From Octopus sinensis (taxonomy: Eukaryota): DNA of 64,000 nt. Shown here in pieces: positions 12,330 through 24,547 of this stretch. Where the stretch lies: contig NC_043002.1 of NCBI RefSeq assembly GCF_006345805.1, forward strand, positions 71,982,001 through 72,046,000, read 5' to 3'. The translations under genes and the position numbers were made by a program. The notes under the pieces were generated by a model. It searched no databases, had not been told where the DNA came from, and saw nothing but the letters and a program-made list of their open reading frames with translations. Position 1 is the stretch's first letter, and each line of letters begins with the position of its first letter.

Positions 12330-12470
12330 AAAGTAGCTTGCTTACAAACCACATGGTTACGGGTTCAGTCCCAATGTGTGACACCTCAGGCAAGTGTCTT
12401 CTACTATAGCTTCGGGCCGACCAAAGCCTGATGAGGTGATTTGGTAGACAGAAACTGAAAGAAACCCGCC

Positions 12471-12503
<33 letters not shown>

Positions 12504-12718
12504 CGTGTGTGTGTGTGTGCGCGTGTGTGTGTGTGTGTATGTGTGTGTGTGTATGTTTGTGTGTCTGTTTTTGTTCCCCCAGCATCGCTTAACAACCGAT
12601 GCTGGAGCACCGCCTTTAGTCGAGAAAATCGCACACAGGACTTATTCTCTGTAAGCCTAGTACTTATTCTATCAGCGATGCTCCAGCAAGGCCACAGTCA
12701 AATGACTGAAACAATTAA
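12330..12718 (+). mobile_element. SINE family A with internal inversion
   Basis: Head and tail are on +, but ~12599-12673 matches the family body in reverse orientation. Confidence 0.75.
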
Positions 12719-12723
12719 GTAAG

Positions 12724-12754
<31 letters not shown>

Positions 12755-13715
12755 CGAGGGGCGTTCAATAAGTAATGCCCCTGACCCAATTGCTGTTATT
12801 TGATCTAGCTGAAATTTTGCATGTGCAATTATTTATATCTCTATAGATAAAGTGGGAAATTGCAGCTCTGAACTAATTGTGGTTTCTGATTTACAGGTGT
12901 TTGAACTGAGTCATGTGTCAAATGGAGCCTGTTGAGTGTCGAGCAGTGATCCGGTTTTTTTTATTTGAAAGGACGCACACCACGGTAAACTTTTGATGAA
13001 ATGAAAGTAACTTATGGTGATGATGCCCCACCATATGACCTTGTAAAACGCTGACATCGTGAATTCAAACTTGGTCGGAACTCCCAGATCTGGTCGCCCC
13101 CCTTCTGCCATTGATGAGGCATCTGTCCGTCAAGTTGAGGCTGCCATTTTGGAAGATCGACGCATAACTATTCGCCAAATAGCCCATGAAGTCAAGATTA
13201 GTACCGGGTCTGTGGAAACTATCATTCATGACCATTTACATATGCAAAAGGTGTCTGCCAGATGGATTCCCAGGTTGCTCACACCTTTCCAGAAGCAAGA
13301 ACGCGTCGAATGCTCGAGGATAAATTTGGAGATGTGCCTGCAGGACAACGCTCCGGTCCACAACTCGCGTGTCGCCAGATCAAAAGCACAGGCGTGCTGC
13401 TATGAACTTCTGCCCCATCCCCCTACTCTCCTGATCTTGCACCCTCTGATTTTCACCTCTTCCCAATCATGAAGTTGTTTTTGAAAGGAAAGCGTTTACC
13501 AGATGATGCAGCCTTGATTTCTGAAGTCACGTCGTGGTTGGAGGACCAAGCTGGGGTCTTCTACAAAAACGGTATCCAGAGCTGCATCAAACGATGGGAG
13601 AAATGCGTAACTCTGGACGGTTCCTATGTAGAAAAAGACTAATACCTGTGCCGAGTTTTGTTGCTCTACTACAATGGGAAGTGGGTCAGGGGCATAACTT
13701 ATTGAACGCCCCTCG
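12755..13715 (+). mobile_element. Internally deleted mariner (Tc1/mariner) transposon
   Basis: 34-bp TIRs with 1 mismatch (12755-12788 / 13682-13715) and TA on both sides. Disrupted transposase 12922-13642 with PRSGRP, WIPRLL and YSPDLAPSDFHLFP motifs. The part of the catalytic domain carrying the first Asp is missing. Confidence 0.95.
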
Positions 13716-14167
13716 TATATCAGTTGAATAATGTTACGACATGCTCTGGTTTTCACGTTTTTTATCATTGTAGTAAAAAAAACTTTTACAATTCTGAAGT
13801 GTGTTGAAGATTACAAAATATTTTTTTAATGTTTAACACACTTCAAAACTGTAAAAAGATTTTTTAAAAACAATAATAACTCTCTTCAACTGATATATTA
13901 TTTTATACACAGTTACACAAATTCGGAATATAAGGAGATATATATATATATATAATTGAGGTTATAAGAGGTAATGGTGTCATTGAAACCCAAAGGTGTC
14001 AGGTAATGCTGAATAAGTGCTATAGAAAGACCATAGTTAAGTTCGGTGATTTTGCGAATAAGGGGTTCAACGTTGGTCATATGCCAGCGTGTGTACATAA
14101 GATTTGTTTGCGTAATGACATAAAAAAATCCAAGGCTGTGTAGATATTAGAACATTTATAGATAGAA

Positions 14168-14220
14168 GGTCTTACAGCAGTTTCCAGGATATTTATTAAT
14201 TATATCCCTTCATCGGAGAC
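14168..14220 (-). ncRNA. Type I hammerhead-like motif (U4C core)
   Basis: RC: GUCU-CCGAUGA-A-GGGAUAU..AUAUCCU-G-GAAA-CUGCUG-UA-AGAC. Helix I is GUCU/AGAC; predicted GUA triplet. Confidence 0.5.
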
Positions 14221-14417
14221 GGTGTGAGAAGATGGTTAAGTAATAATTAATTTAGATAGGATACAAAATAGATAGTGAGGTAGAGGAAAGAAAATATATG
14301 TGAGATATGTAGGGATCTACAAATTCAATATCCATACATATCTCACATATATTTTCTTTCCTCCACCTCACTCTCTATTTTGTATCCTATCTACATTAAT
14401 TATTACTTAACCATACC

Positions 14418-14469
14418 GTCTCTGATGAAGGGATATAATTAGTGTGTGTCCTGGAAACAGCTGTAAGAT
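14418..14469 (+). ncRNA. Type I hammerhead-like motif, canonical CUGAUGA core
   Basis: GUCU-CUGAUGA(14422-28)-A-GGGAUAU..GUGUCCU-G-GAAA(14454-57)-C-AGCU-G-UA-AGAU. Palindromic loop III; predicted cleavage after 14465; A.G apposed at 10.1/11.1. Confidence 0.55.
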
Positions 14470-15043
14470 CTATCTATAAATGTCCTAATATCGATACAAC
14501 CTTGGATTTTTTTATATCATTACATAATTTTATTGCATTTACATATACAATTGTGGTTCAGATGTTATATATATAATTCTTTCTTCCGCCGGGGTCGATA
14601 GATTAAATGTCAATCTAATCGATTGGCCGCCTCCGCCCAAATGTCGGTCTTTGTACTTAGGGTAGATAGAATTATATATATAACAGCTGAATCCCACACG
14701 TACATGTAAATGCAATAAAATTTTAATGTTAGATAACTCAGGACGGTAACGGCTGTTGTAGGTATCATTATGTCTATGCACACACACATACGCACACGCG
14801 CACCCACAAACGCGCACGCACACACGCACACATGCCACAAATGCACATACACATACACACACATCCACACACACACAACACACACATGCACACACACACA
14901 AACACAAACACACATACAGACATATGCACACACACACACACACATATGTTAAACTTAGAACGAATGTATGGGTAGTGTGTGTGCGTGTATCTATTTGTTA
15001 GAAAACTATGAAGTCATGTTAGATTTAATGCATATATGTACTA

Positions 15044-15590
15044 AGGCGGCGAGTTGGCAGAAACGTTAACACGCCGGGCGAAAAGCTTAGCAGAATTTTG
15101 TCTCCCGATACGTTCCGAGTTCAAATTCCGCCGAGGTCGACTTTGCCTTTCATCCTTTCGGAGTCGATAAATTAAGTACCAGTTACACACTGGGGTCGAT
15201 ATAATCGACTTAATCCGTTTGTCTGTCCTTGTCTGTCCTCTCTGTGTTTAGCCCCCTATGGGTAGTAAAGAAATAGGTATTTCGTCTGCCGTTACGTTCT
15301 GAGTTCAAATTCCGCCGAGGTCGACTTTACCTTTCATCCTTTCGGGGTCGATAAATTAAATATCACTTACGCACTAGGGTCGATCTAATCGACTTAATCT
15401 CTTTGTCTGTCCTTGTTTGTCCCCTCTGTGTGTAGCCACTTGTGGGCAGTAAAGAAATATGAAACGTTAATACACCGAGCGAAAGGCTTAGCGGTATTTC
15501 GTTTGTCTTTACGTTCTGAGCTCAAATTCCGCCGAGGTCGACTTTGCTTTTCATCCTTTCGGGGCCTTGTGCCTAGAGTAGAAACGAATA
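15044..15590 (+). mobile_element. SINE family B array (~2.5 units)
   Basis: Head at 15044; units restart near 15277 and 15461. Confidence 0.85.
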
Positions 15591-15617
15591 TATGTATACG
15601 TACATATAAATATCAAT

Positions 15618-15680
<63 letters not shown>

Positions 15681-16217
15681 ATATATATATATATATAATA
15701 TGTTGGAAAAACATAAAGAACGCAAGCTTTCATATGTAAGAGAAAAATCAGTTATTTTGTGAGAAATTTTTCGTTTACTTAGTTTAAATTTTCTTTTTCA
15801 TATCCCTCCCTTCCCCGAAAGAATCGCTGCCAATTTACATTGTTAAGTGTTCCCGTTACTTTGTTTCACAAATTAAAGGCTGGTTTCTGGCTGTCATCCA
15901 AACAAGCTTCTTCTTTAACGAGGTGGTCGAACTGGTGTAGAGACAAAGAGTCGATCAGAAGAGGTAAGAAGCAGCATAGGTTTTGTGAGGATGGCGGGTA
16001 CTGAAAAGTGGCCTCTGATTCAAAGGGAAATTTGGCAATTTCAATAATTTTTTTTTCAGTCTTATCTTTTTTGTTTTTTTTTAGGCTCGTGACTGAAGCT
16101 CAGCCTTTTTCCTATGAAAAGACGTTTAGTCATTTTATTAAACCTATTGCATATTTCGTAAACAACATCGCAGGATGTATGGAAACATATCGTGATAAAA
16201 TTTATCCTGCTGCTGTT

Positions 16218-16480
16218 TATGATAATGACAATGGCGATAATGACGATGAGGAGGAGGAGCAGGAGGAGGAAGATGTGGTGGTGGTGGAGGAGGAGGAGGA
16301 GGACGACGACGACGACAACTACGACGATGATGATGGCAATGACGATGATGGTTATGATGGCGATCATGATGCTGATGATAATGAAGATGATGACGAGAAG
16401 AAGGACGACGGTGGGGATGGTGATGAGAATGATATTGATAATGATGATGATGCTAATGGTGCTGGTAACGATGATGATAT
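16218..16480. repeat. Degenerate trinucleotide tract (GAT/GAG/GAC/GGT)
   Basis: Directly visible. Produces the D/E-rich and poly-M ORFs. Confidence 0.9.
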
Positions 16481-16731
16481 ATTTTCTTATTTTTTTTATA
16501 TATTGATCTCACATCCACGGATCTATAGAGCATGAGAATATGGTCGATTAAACTAGTTAATGTACCGAACCCAGAATGATGAGGGATGATAAAATTTAGG
16601 CCAACGGGATTAGAACTTAAGATATCAATGCAGGAGATTAAGTACTGCAATATAATCAATATGCCGTTCTACTCATGACTATCCATTTCACTGAAGAAAC
16701 CATTTAAAATACCCTTGAGCTTATATATATA

Positions 16732-17576
16732 CTAGCAGAATTGCCCGGCGTTGCTCGGGGCTGAATTGCTTGAAAGTACTGTTAATGACTGCACTGAATT
16801 ATGATGATTATTCAGGCAAATATTGATATAAGTTTACGGTGGGAGATAAGGACTTAACGATCAAACGTGTGCCATTGCATTGTTTTGGGGGAACCAAATA
16901 TCTGATGAGTATTATAGGGGCACCAACTTTAAGTTTGAGAAAGCGTGGTGGTAGTCCGGGGTGCTCAAAGGAATTGAGTACCTCTATTGGATAGTTGATG
17001 ACGTCCTCTGGGTCAGGAGTTGTATCGATAGACTGATATACATAGACTTCCCCAGGAATTACTTTTAGCATTTCATCATTAATATGGTGAACAGTTTTAT
17101 TCCTCGGGGCCAGTATAGTCTTTTGGCCAATCCAATCCATATTCTGATAATTAGCTTGTAGATCTGGGAACACTGCAGCTCTGATATCAGAAGGCGTCTT
17201 AACAAAGGTACAAATGGAATCGATGGCAATATTACCAGTTTCATCCCCTGGTATTTTGCCTTCGCCAAGTGCAAGGAGGGTGTGAGGAAATGCTGCTGAT
17301 GTGATATTACGTCGCATATGAGCACGCATATTGGTGTGAAGTTTGAGAGTTGCTTCCCTTTATTTAAAAAATATGCATTAAAATGGAAAAAATGATGGTA
17401 AATTATTTGTAAAATCGTAGACTCATCGTAGACGCGCGCTAATACCCAGAAGGGCTCGATATGAATCACGACTATAAGATACCCGGTTTTGGTTAAACTT
17501 CATCGCAAAATGTGGGAGTAGTTAGGAATCTAAATCGGAGTAGACAGACACACAACCTTTCTTTTATATATAAAGA
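16732..17576 (-). mobile_element. Internally deleted Helitron retaining a PIF1-like helicase fragment
   Basis: Minus strand 5'-TC (17576-75) after A; 3' hairpin CCCGAGCAACGCCGGG and CTAG (16735-32) before T. ORF 17329-16808 has NMR, ILAPRN, INYPIEVLNS, GLPPRFLKLKVGAPIIL and CNGTRLIVKSL motifs. Confidence 0.9.
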
Positions 17577-18100
17577 TTTTCGTCCTAAAAAACTTTGTAT
17601 GGATTGAATGGTTACCTCTATGGAAATATATACACGCACATTATACATACATGTGTGTATAGATGAATATATAAATACATTTAAATATCTATATACACTT
17701 TTGGGCGATCTTTCTTTTTCTTAGAGATAACTTTAGATCTTATTTTCGTCCTAAAAAACTTTGTGCGGAGTGAATGGTTACGTCTATGGAAATATATACA
17801 CACACATTATACATACATCTGTGTATAGATGAATATATAAATACATTTAAATATCTATATACACTTTTGGGCGATCTTTCTGCTACTTGGATATACTTTA
17901 GATCTTATATTCGTCCTAAATAACTTTGTATGGAGTGAATGGTTACCTCTGTGGAAATATATACACACACATTATACATACATCTGTGTATAGATGAATA
18001 TATAAATACATTTAAATATCTATATACACTTTTGGGCGATCTTTCTGCTACTTGGATATACTTTAGATCTTATATTCGTCCTAAAAAACTTTGTATGAAT
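17577..18100. repeat. 166-bp tandem repeat (~3.2 units)
   Basis: TTCGTCCTAAA recurs at ~17579, 17745, 17910 and 18075. Confidence 0.9.
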
Positions 18101-18863
18101 TGAAAAAGAAAATTAATTGAAATTTTTAAGAAAGGAATTTGTTTACATACATGTGTGAAATGGCAAATGTTTGTGCAGTTGTCCGAAATGGAACCAGGGT
18201 AAATGTGTGGAACTGATGTATAATAATGAATAGTCCTTCTTGCTGTGAATATTAATTTGATGAATATGAACTGAAAACCAGTGGTGTAGCAAAAAGGATG
18301 ACCAGTCTGACTGGCTCATCCATGTCACACACTCACACACACGCACACACACACACACACACACGCACACACACGCACCCTCACACACACACACACGCAC
18401 ACACACACACACTCACACACGCACACACACACACACGTTAGCTTACAATTTTATTTATATATTTGCGTGTCTATGTGTGTAAAGAGGAAGTGGGAGTAAT
18501 ATGCAGAGTAAAGGCTTTGAAGTGAAATGGTAGTTTTCTCGAATTTTTTCTGAAAAGGGGGTGAAATTGAAAGAAATTTTGTATGTCATGACCGAATGGA
18601 AGTACTTTGAAAAATCATAGGTAAACTCTAATTGAAGAAATTGTGTGAGGAGTAAATCGTTATGTATTTATTTGTTTCTGTTTGCTGTGGGTTTTTTTGA
18701 GTAGTGGTTTAAGGTACACTTGCAAAGAGAAAGTATGAGAAATTATGGTGATAGCATGAGTGATCCGTTTTATATAAATACTTTCACTTTAATCGTTGCA
18801 CACTTGCAAAGAGAAAGGATAAGAAATTAGGGTGATAGCATGAGTGAAGCAGATCGCTCCGTT

Positions 18864-18899
<36 letters not shown>

Positions 18900-18903
<4 letters not shown>

Positions 18904-19121
18904 AGCCCACACTAAGAAAAGCACTTCACTTACACACCACAACGTGAGTTTTCTCGAAATTTTGCTTAATTGGGGTTGAAAGTTGAAAAACTGTACCTGG
19001 CACGACCCGATTTATTCTACTCTTAAAAATGCTAGGTAAATTGTAATTGAAGAAATCCTATGTTGTAGATTTCTATAAGAGACAAAGGGAGGCAGATAAA
19101 ATCTGCCTTTTATAATAAGAT
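18900..19121 (-). mobile_element. Possible 5' end of a second Helitron family
   Basis: Minus strand starts A|TCTTATTATAAAAGGCAG, a Helitron-like 5'-TC end. Similar to 18470-18670. No 3' CTAG located. Confidence 0.3.
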
Positions 19122-19126
19122 ATATA

Positions 19127-19157
<31 letters not shown>

Positions 19158-20529
19158 AATGAATAACAGTATAGGTACAGATGTCTATACACTACGATCG
19201 TTTCGTCAAATGAATTCATGAACTTCAAAATAAAGGATATTCTGAATGATTTAATATAGTTTAAAATCAAAAGAGCAAAGATATTTACTGAGATTCTGCA
19301 ACTATTTCAGTTGACAGAATGGATTTACCAGAATAGTGTATATCTGGTCAGAACAGAGATATTTAGGGGTCAGATGAGATTTTAGGAGGGGGAAGGAATA
19401 ATTCACTCCAGTGACACAATTATCTATACATCTAACAAAAGAGGAAGGCGCGACTCCATTAGTCTAGATTTATCTATCAACGAGTTGTTTAATGTCTACT
19501 GGTCAGTGGTAAGAAATGACATGTTGTCAGGTCAGCCTACTAAATTATCAAGATCGTATGTGATGGAACCAATATATAGGTCTTTGTCTCCACAAATGGC
19601 AAAGCAGAGGTTAGTAATAACAAACTGAGTGATGGACGGGGAAGGGATAAGGAGAAAGAAGAAAGAAAGAAAGCTGACCCAAACGTTACTAATTACCATA
19701 TTAATAGAGGGAGACTTTGAAGGATAACTGAATAAAGATTATGGGACAAATTCCTAAACTAGGAGTGACAATCCTTGTATGGGAATAAAAGAAACTGGTA
19801 TAATTTACCAGAGTTGCAGTATTATAGCATTAAGATGAATTAAAATTTAAATACAGGTAGATAATTAAACTATACTTAAGGTTGTAAGAAAAAGAGAAGC
19901 GTTAAGATATAAGAGTAATCGGAAAATCAACATTTAAAGAAATATGGAGTATATAATTAATATTAGGGTAAAAATGAAAATACATAAAATATATAAAAGA
20001 GATGCTAATAAAATAAAAAAGTAAAATGTTATTTGAACATAGGCCCCGATTACGGAAGGATAACGATAAGTCTTATTCTATATTAGGCATTAAATATAAA
20101 GTGAATAATTTAAAGTTATTTAAAATATATAATGGAGCGTATTCCGATATAAAAATTTAAAATTAAATAACTAAGCTCGTAAAGGAATATAAGGTATATA
20201 AAAATATAAAGTATAAACGAGATATATAAAAATATATGAAAACATTTAAATATATAAAAATTATTAAAAAGTTATTAATAAAAATAAAAGATGAAAAATA
20301 AAGATAACAAAAGAATAATATAAATAAAACTAAAAACGAGAATAAAGGGTTTATATATCATACACAACAAAAGAAAGAATAAAGGACCTTATATGTCATC
20401 GGTTGTACTTAGGGGACAGTGAAATATGATGTTATTATTACTAATTAAATTTAAAATATAGTAAAAAAATAAACAAGTTTTTGTACGAAAAGTACAAATC
20501 CAATAATAATCCTTACTATTATAAGCACA

Positions 20530-20692
20530 ACGCTTGAAATTTGGGGGAAGGGGACAGTCGATTACATCCACCCCAGTACTCAACTACTACTTAATTTATC
20601 GATCCCAAAAGGATGAAAGTTAAAGTCGACCTCGGTGGAATTTGAACCCAGAACGTAGCGACAGGCGAAATACTGCTAAGCATTTCGTCCAG
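20530..20692 (-). mobile_element. SINE family B, single unit
   Basis: RC of the B-box and central domain: GATCCCAAAAGGATGAAAG..GTCGACCTCGGTGGAATTTGAAC. Confidence 0.75.
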
Positions 20693-21152
20693 CCTTATAA
20701 ATCCACTAATAATAAAAGATAAGAATATATTTTATATCCAACATATAAAAAAGAAACTAATTTTGGAAAGGGGTAGATATCTCTTATTATAATATATAAT
20801 AATCTATAGTTGAAATTTATAGAAAAACAAAAGACGAAGACAGGTGTATGAACAACAAGTGTATTAGTTTGACGCTCGGGAAAATGAAAAAAATTGTGGA
20901 TTTCAGCGGTCTATTTCTATAAATTTTAATTTTTCTATTACTCTTATATCTTAAAAGTTCTCTTTTTCTTACAATTTTCAGTACATTTTAAAAATCTATA
21001 GGGTGGATACAGTATTGGGTTAGTTAAGTTTAAATAATGAATAACAGACTCATAATTTAAACCAACGCATAATTATTTCATATTGTAGGTTATAACAGGT
21101 CAAATCTCGAGAGATAACTATAAGCACGATATGTTAAAGAATAAAAAACGAT

Positions 21153-21458
21153 AAACGTCCCCCTTTTCAAGCCTACCCAGGCTCATGGGCGCGGTTTTCC
21201 GGTTTCTGTGGCGTATGTGTTACCCCCAGCTGGACGGGATGCCAGTCCATCGCAGCGTTATTCAGGAAACAGGAAGAGAGAATGAAAGTTGTGCCGCAAA
21301 AGCACAACAGGGGTCGCCACCACCCTCTGCTGTAGTCTCGTGGAGCTTTTTAGGTATTTTCGTTCAATAAACGCACACAACACCCGGTCTGATAATCGAA
21401 ACTGCGATCCTCCGACCGAGAGTCGGCTGCCTTAACCATTGGGCCATTGCGCCTCCAC
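21153..21458 (-). mobile_element. tRNA-derived SINE with a V-domain-like segment
   Basis: Minus head GGAGGCGCAATGGCCCAATGGTTAAGGCAGCCGACT..GTTTCGATT; internal GCGATGGACTGGCATCCCGTCCAG (about 21228-21253). Confidence 0.65.
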
Positions 21459-22091
21459 ATGTTAAATAATATTTGATTAAATTGGTTATATAAGTATTAT
21501 TAGGGTTAGCAGGCAAGGGGAATATGAATACACTCCTTTATATATTTTTAATTATTTTAAATTACCTAATATTTACTATGTCTCAACCTCATTCTCCCGT
21601 AATTGGGGCGTATGTTCAAATAGCATTTTTTTTTTATTACCATGTCTTTTATAAACTCTATATATCTTCATTTTTACCCTAATATTATTTATATACTATA
21701 CATTTTGATTTTCCAGTTACTCTTATATCGCAAGCCTCTGTTTGTCTTAAATTTTTAAGTATATTTTAATTATCTACTTGTATTTAATTTCTTATTTATC
21801 TTATTGCTATAATATTACAACTCTGTTAAATTGTACCAGTTCCTTTTCTTTCTATACAATGATTCCCACTCCTAGCTTAGGACTTTGACCCATAATTGTT
21901 ATTCCATTATCCTTCAAAGTCTTCCTCAATTAATATGGTAATTAATAACGTTTGGGTCAGATTCCTTTCTTTCTTCTTTCTCCTTATCCCTTACCCGTCT
22001 ATCACTCACATTGTTATTAATATCCTCTGCTTTGCCTATTTGTGGAGAAAAAGCATATGTATGGTTGCATCACATACGAACTTGATATATA

Positions 22092-22131
<40 letters not shown>

Positions 22132-22402
22132 TTACATGCATACATATATATATATATATATATTTACATGCATACATATATGTATTGCATATATTGCACA
22201 AGAAATCTAGTGCCCTTAGCTTAGTTTTTCCTTGGGGCTGGCCAGATTGGAACAATCTCGAGTATAACCAGCCGAAATTGCAAAGATAATCTGAAACTTG
22301 TCTGATGAAAGAAAACTGCGAATGACCCGTCCGTGTTTTTTTTTCTTGCCCCTTTTTTGTATTCCTTTTTTATACACATATTGCGTCGTACGTACATTTT
22401 GG

Positions 22403-22433
<31 letters not shown>

Positions 22434-22528
22434 ATATATATTATCTTTCTCTCTCTCTCTCTCTATTATATATATATTTATATATTATATATATATATAT
22501 TATATATATATCTTTCTCTCTCTCTCTC

Positions 22529-22572
<44 letters not shown>

Positions 22573-23799
22573 TATCATTTCTATCAATAGATAGATAGGT
22601 AAAGAGACAGAGAGTGGGGAGGGAGAGAGAGAGATATTTGTGAATGCTGAACCCCAAAGCTACGTTACTGGCGGAAAAACCCAGTTCGCGAACCGGTTTC
22701 CATATTTCTTGTTTGTACCAATGCCAACTTATTCGAAGGAAAAGAATGAAAGTCACATATAATTTTCTCCCTTGCTTTCCTAAAATCAACTGCTTCATTC
22801 TGTTCGTAAGATTGATGAGTGCCAATAATTGATCAGGAAATACAGACATTTTAATATTTAGTTTATTTCGCTTATGTGCGAATCAAATAATTAACTAATC
22901 GAAGAAATTAGTAGGTACGACTACACGTCTTCGTATGGTATTTAAGGAGGGCACATTCCAACTAGAAGATAAATATACCTTCTATGAATAGATTTTACCG
23001 GCTGAAATAATGATTTACAACTTACGTGTGTGTTGAAGACATTTTGAAATGATTTGTTACGTTAATAGATAGGGAGGAACTATGTGAGTGTATTTGTATA
23101 TGATTGTGTGTGTGTTTGTATGTAATTGTGTTTGTGTATGTGTGTGCGTGTGTATGTGTGTAATATGGGTATATTTCTGTAAGTAATTTGACTGTTTGTG
23201 CGTATGTGGTGTATTTGTGCAGGTTTATATATCTGTATGAGCGATTAGTTGCTTCGTGTGTGGCTAAAGAAATCAATGTATAATATGTTAACCAATTTAC
23301 TCTAACGGTGCGAGCTTTTAGTTAGTGTTCGAAGGAGTAGAATTTGTTTCTTATGAATACGAAACTATAAGATTAACAGGTTTTAGACGACGTATATATG
23401 TATGTATATATTATGTATGTATGTATGTATGTATGTATGTATGTATGTATGTATGTATGTATGTATGTACGTATGTACGTATGTATGTATGTATTTATCT
23501 ATCTATCTATCTATCTATCCATCTACGTATATATGTATGTCTCTTCTATTATTCATCATTTAAATTCTTCCTATAAAGATGCAGCTGCTTTCTAGATAAC
23601 AAAAGCAATGTCACATTTTACACCTAAGAAAAATATTCCATAGTTGTACTGTTCCGCTTACAAATTGTATTTGTATTAAGCTAATCAGTTGATGATTTCT
23701 TTACCTGAAAATCCAAGCTCATCCAGACTGGCAGTCAGGCATTTATTTACAAAACCAAATACTCCAATTATTATTGGTATAAATGTAAATTTTTAATCT

Positions 23800-24520
23800 A
23801 GATATAGAAGCTGGTGGTTTCGAATATGTTTGATTTTCAAAGAGATATTTACATCAGCAGGAAAGCTGACCTCTATGTCGGTACATACATTTTCTTGTCT
23901 GTCCCAGTCAACAATATCCGGCTTGTTATGCTTATATTTGACATGTTTTAATAGAAATGCTACTATAGTATTCCCTGTATTGATATTTGTATACATATTC
24001 AATAACAAGGAAATTCTCTGTATTTATTCCAGGACAGTCTTTTTTCCGAATGTATGTATGTGTGTACATATGTATGTATACATGCATGAATGTATGCATG
24101 TATGTCATTATTCAGTTTTATTTCAAGATTTCTTGCCAGTTGAGAAGGAATCGGTTTCTAACCTAGATCCAAGACTTCTTTAGAATTTCAGCATCAACAA
24201 GGTATTTTGTATGAAAGTATGTATGTATATATGTATGTACGTATGTATGTATGCATGTATGTATGCCTGTGTGCAGATTTGTATGTTTTATTTTATGTAT
24301 GTATTCTCATGCATATAGTTGCATGACTAGACATGCTCATATATACTTAAATAAACTCCTGGAAAGTTTTACAGATTTTTACAGTCCCAGTGATGGCTTG
24401 GATCTGTAGACTTCGTATCAGCTTTCTACTTTCTGGCTTTGAGGAGCTGCGTTTAGCCAGTGTGTTACATATTCCAGTGCCTCAATAGCTACTAGGATAA
24501 ACCAGAACTAGTAATCTGTA
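23800..24520 (-). mobile_element. Fragments of a restriction-like-endonuclease (R2/R4-type) LINE
   Basis: KHNKPDIVDWDRQENVCTDIEVSFPADVNISLK (PD..E core, ~23934-23836) and C-terminal ..RKLIRSLQIQAITGTVKICKTF (~24430-24360). Confidence 0.65.
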
Positions 24521-24547
24521 TATATATATATATATATATATATGTAG

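Larger units (their letters stand above)
13950..14513 (-). mobile_element. Penelope-like terminal repeat region with fold-back (arms 14122-14316 / 14330-14513)
   Basis: Inverted arms visible by eye. Homologous to 44140-44403. Carries hammerhead-like motifs and abuts a TA tract. Confidence 0.65.
19581..22054. repeat. Long diverged inverted repeat (arms ~19581-20150 / ~21520-22054)
   Basis: For example GGATAAGGAGAAAGAAGAAAGAAAG..TGACCCAAACGTTA and ATTTGAACATAGGCCCCGATTACGG have reverse-complement matches in the right arm. Confidence 0.8.

Noticed and set aside
16008-16535. 175-aa acidic ORF
   Set aside because: Starts at a non-ATG codon and is mostly a degenerate trinucleotide tract open in several frames. 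Only the short segment at 16085 is kept as a weak exon candidate.
22302-22332. CTGATGA..CGAATG(A/T)CCCGTCC motif, also on minus at ~47805-47834
   Set aside because: Conserved between two repeat copies, but it has GAAT instead of GAAA and I could not build helices I and III. Not called a hammerhead.
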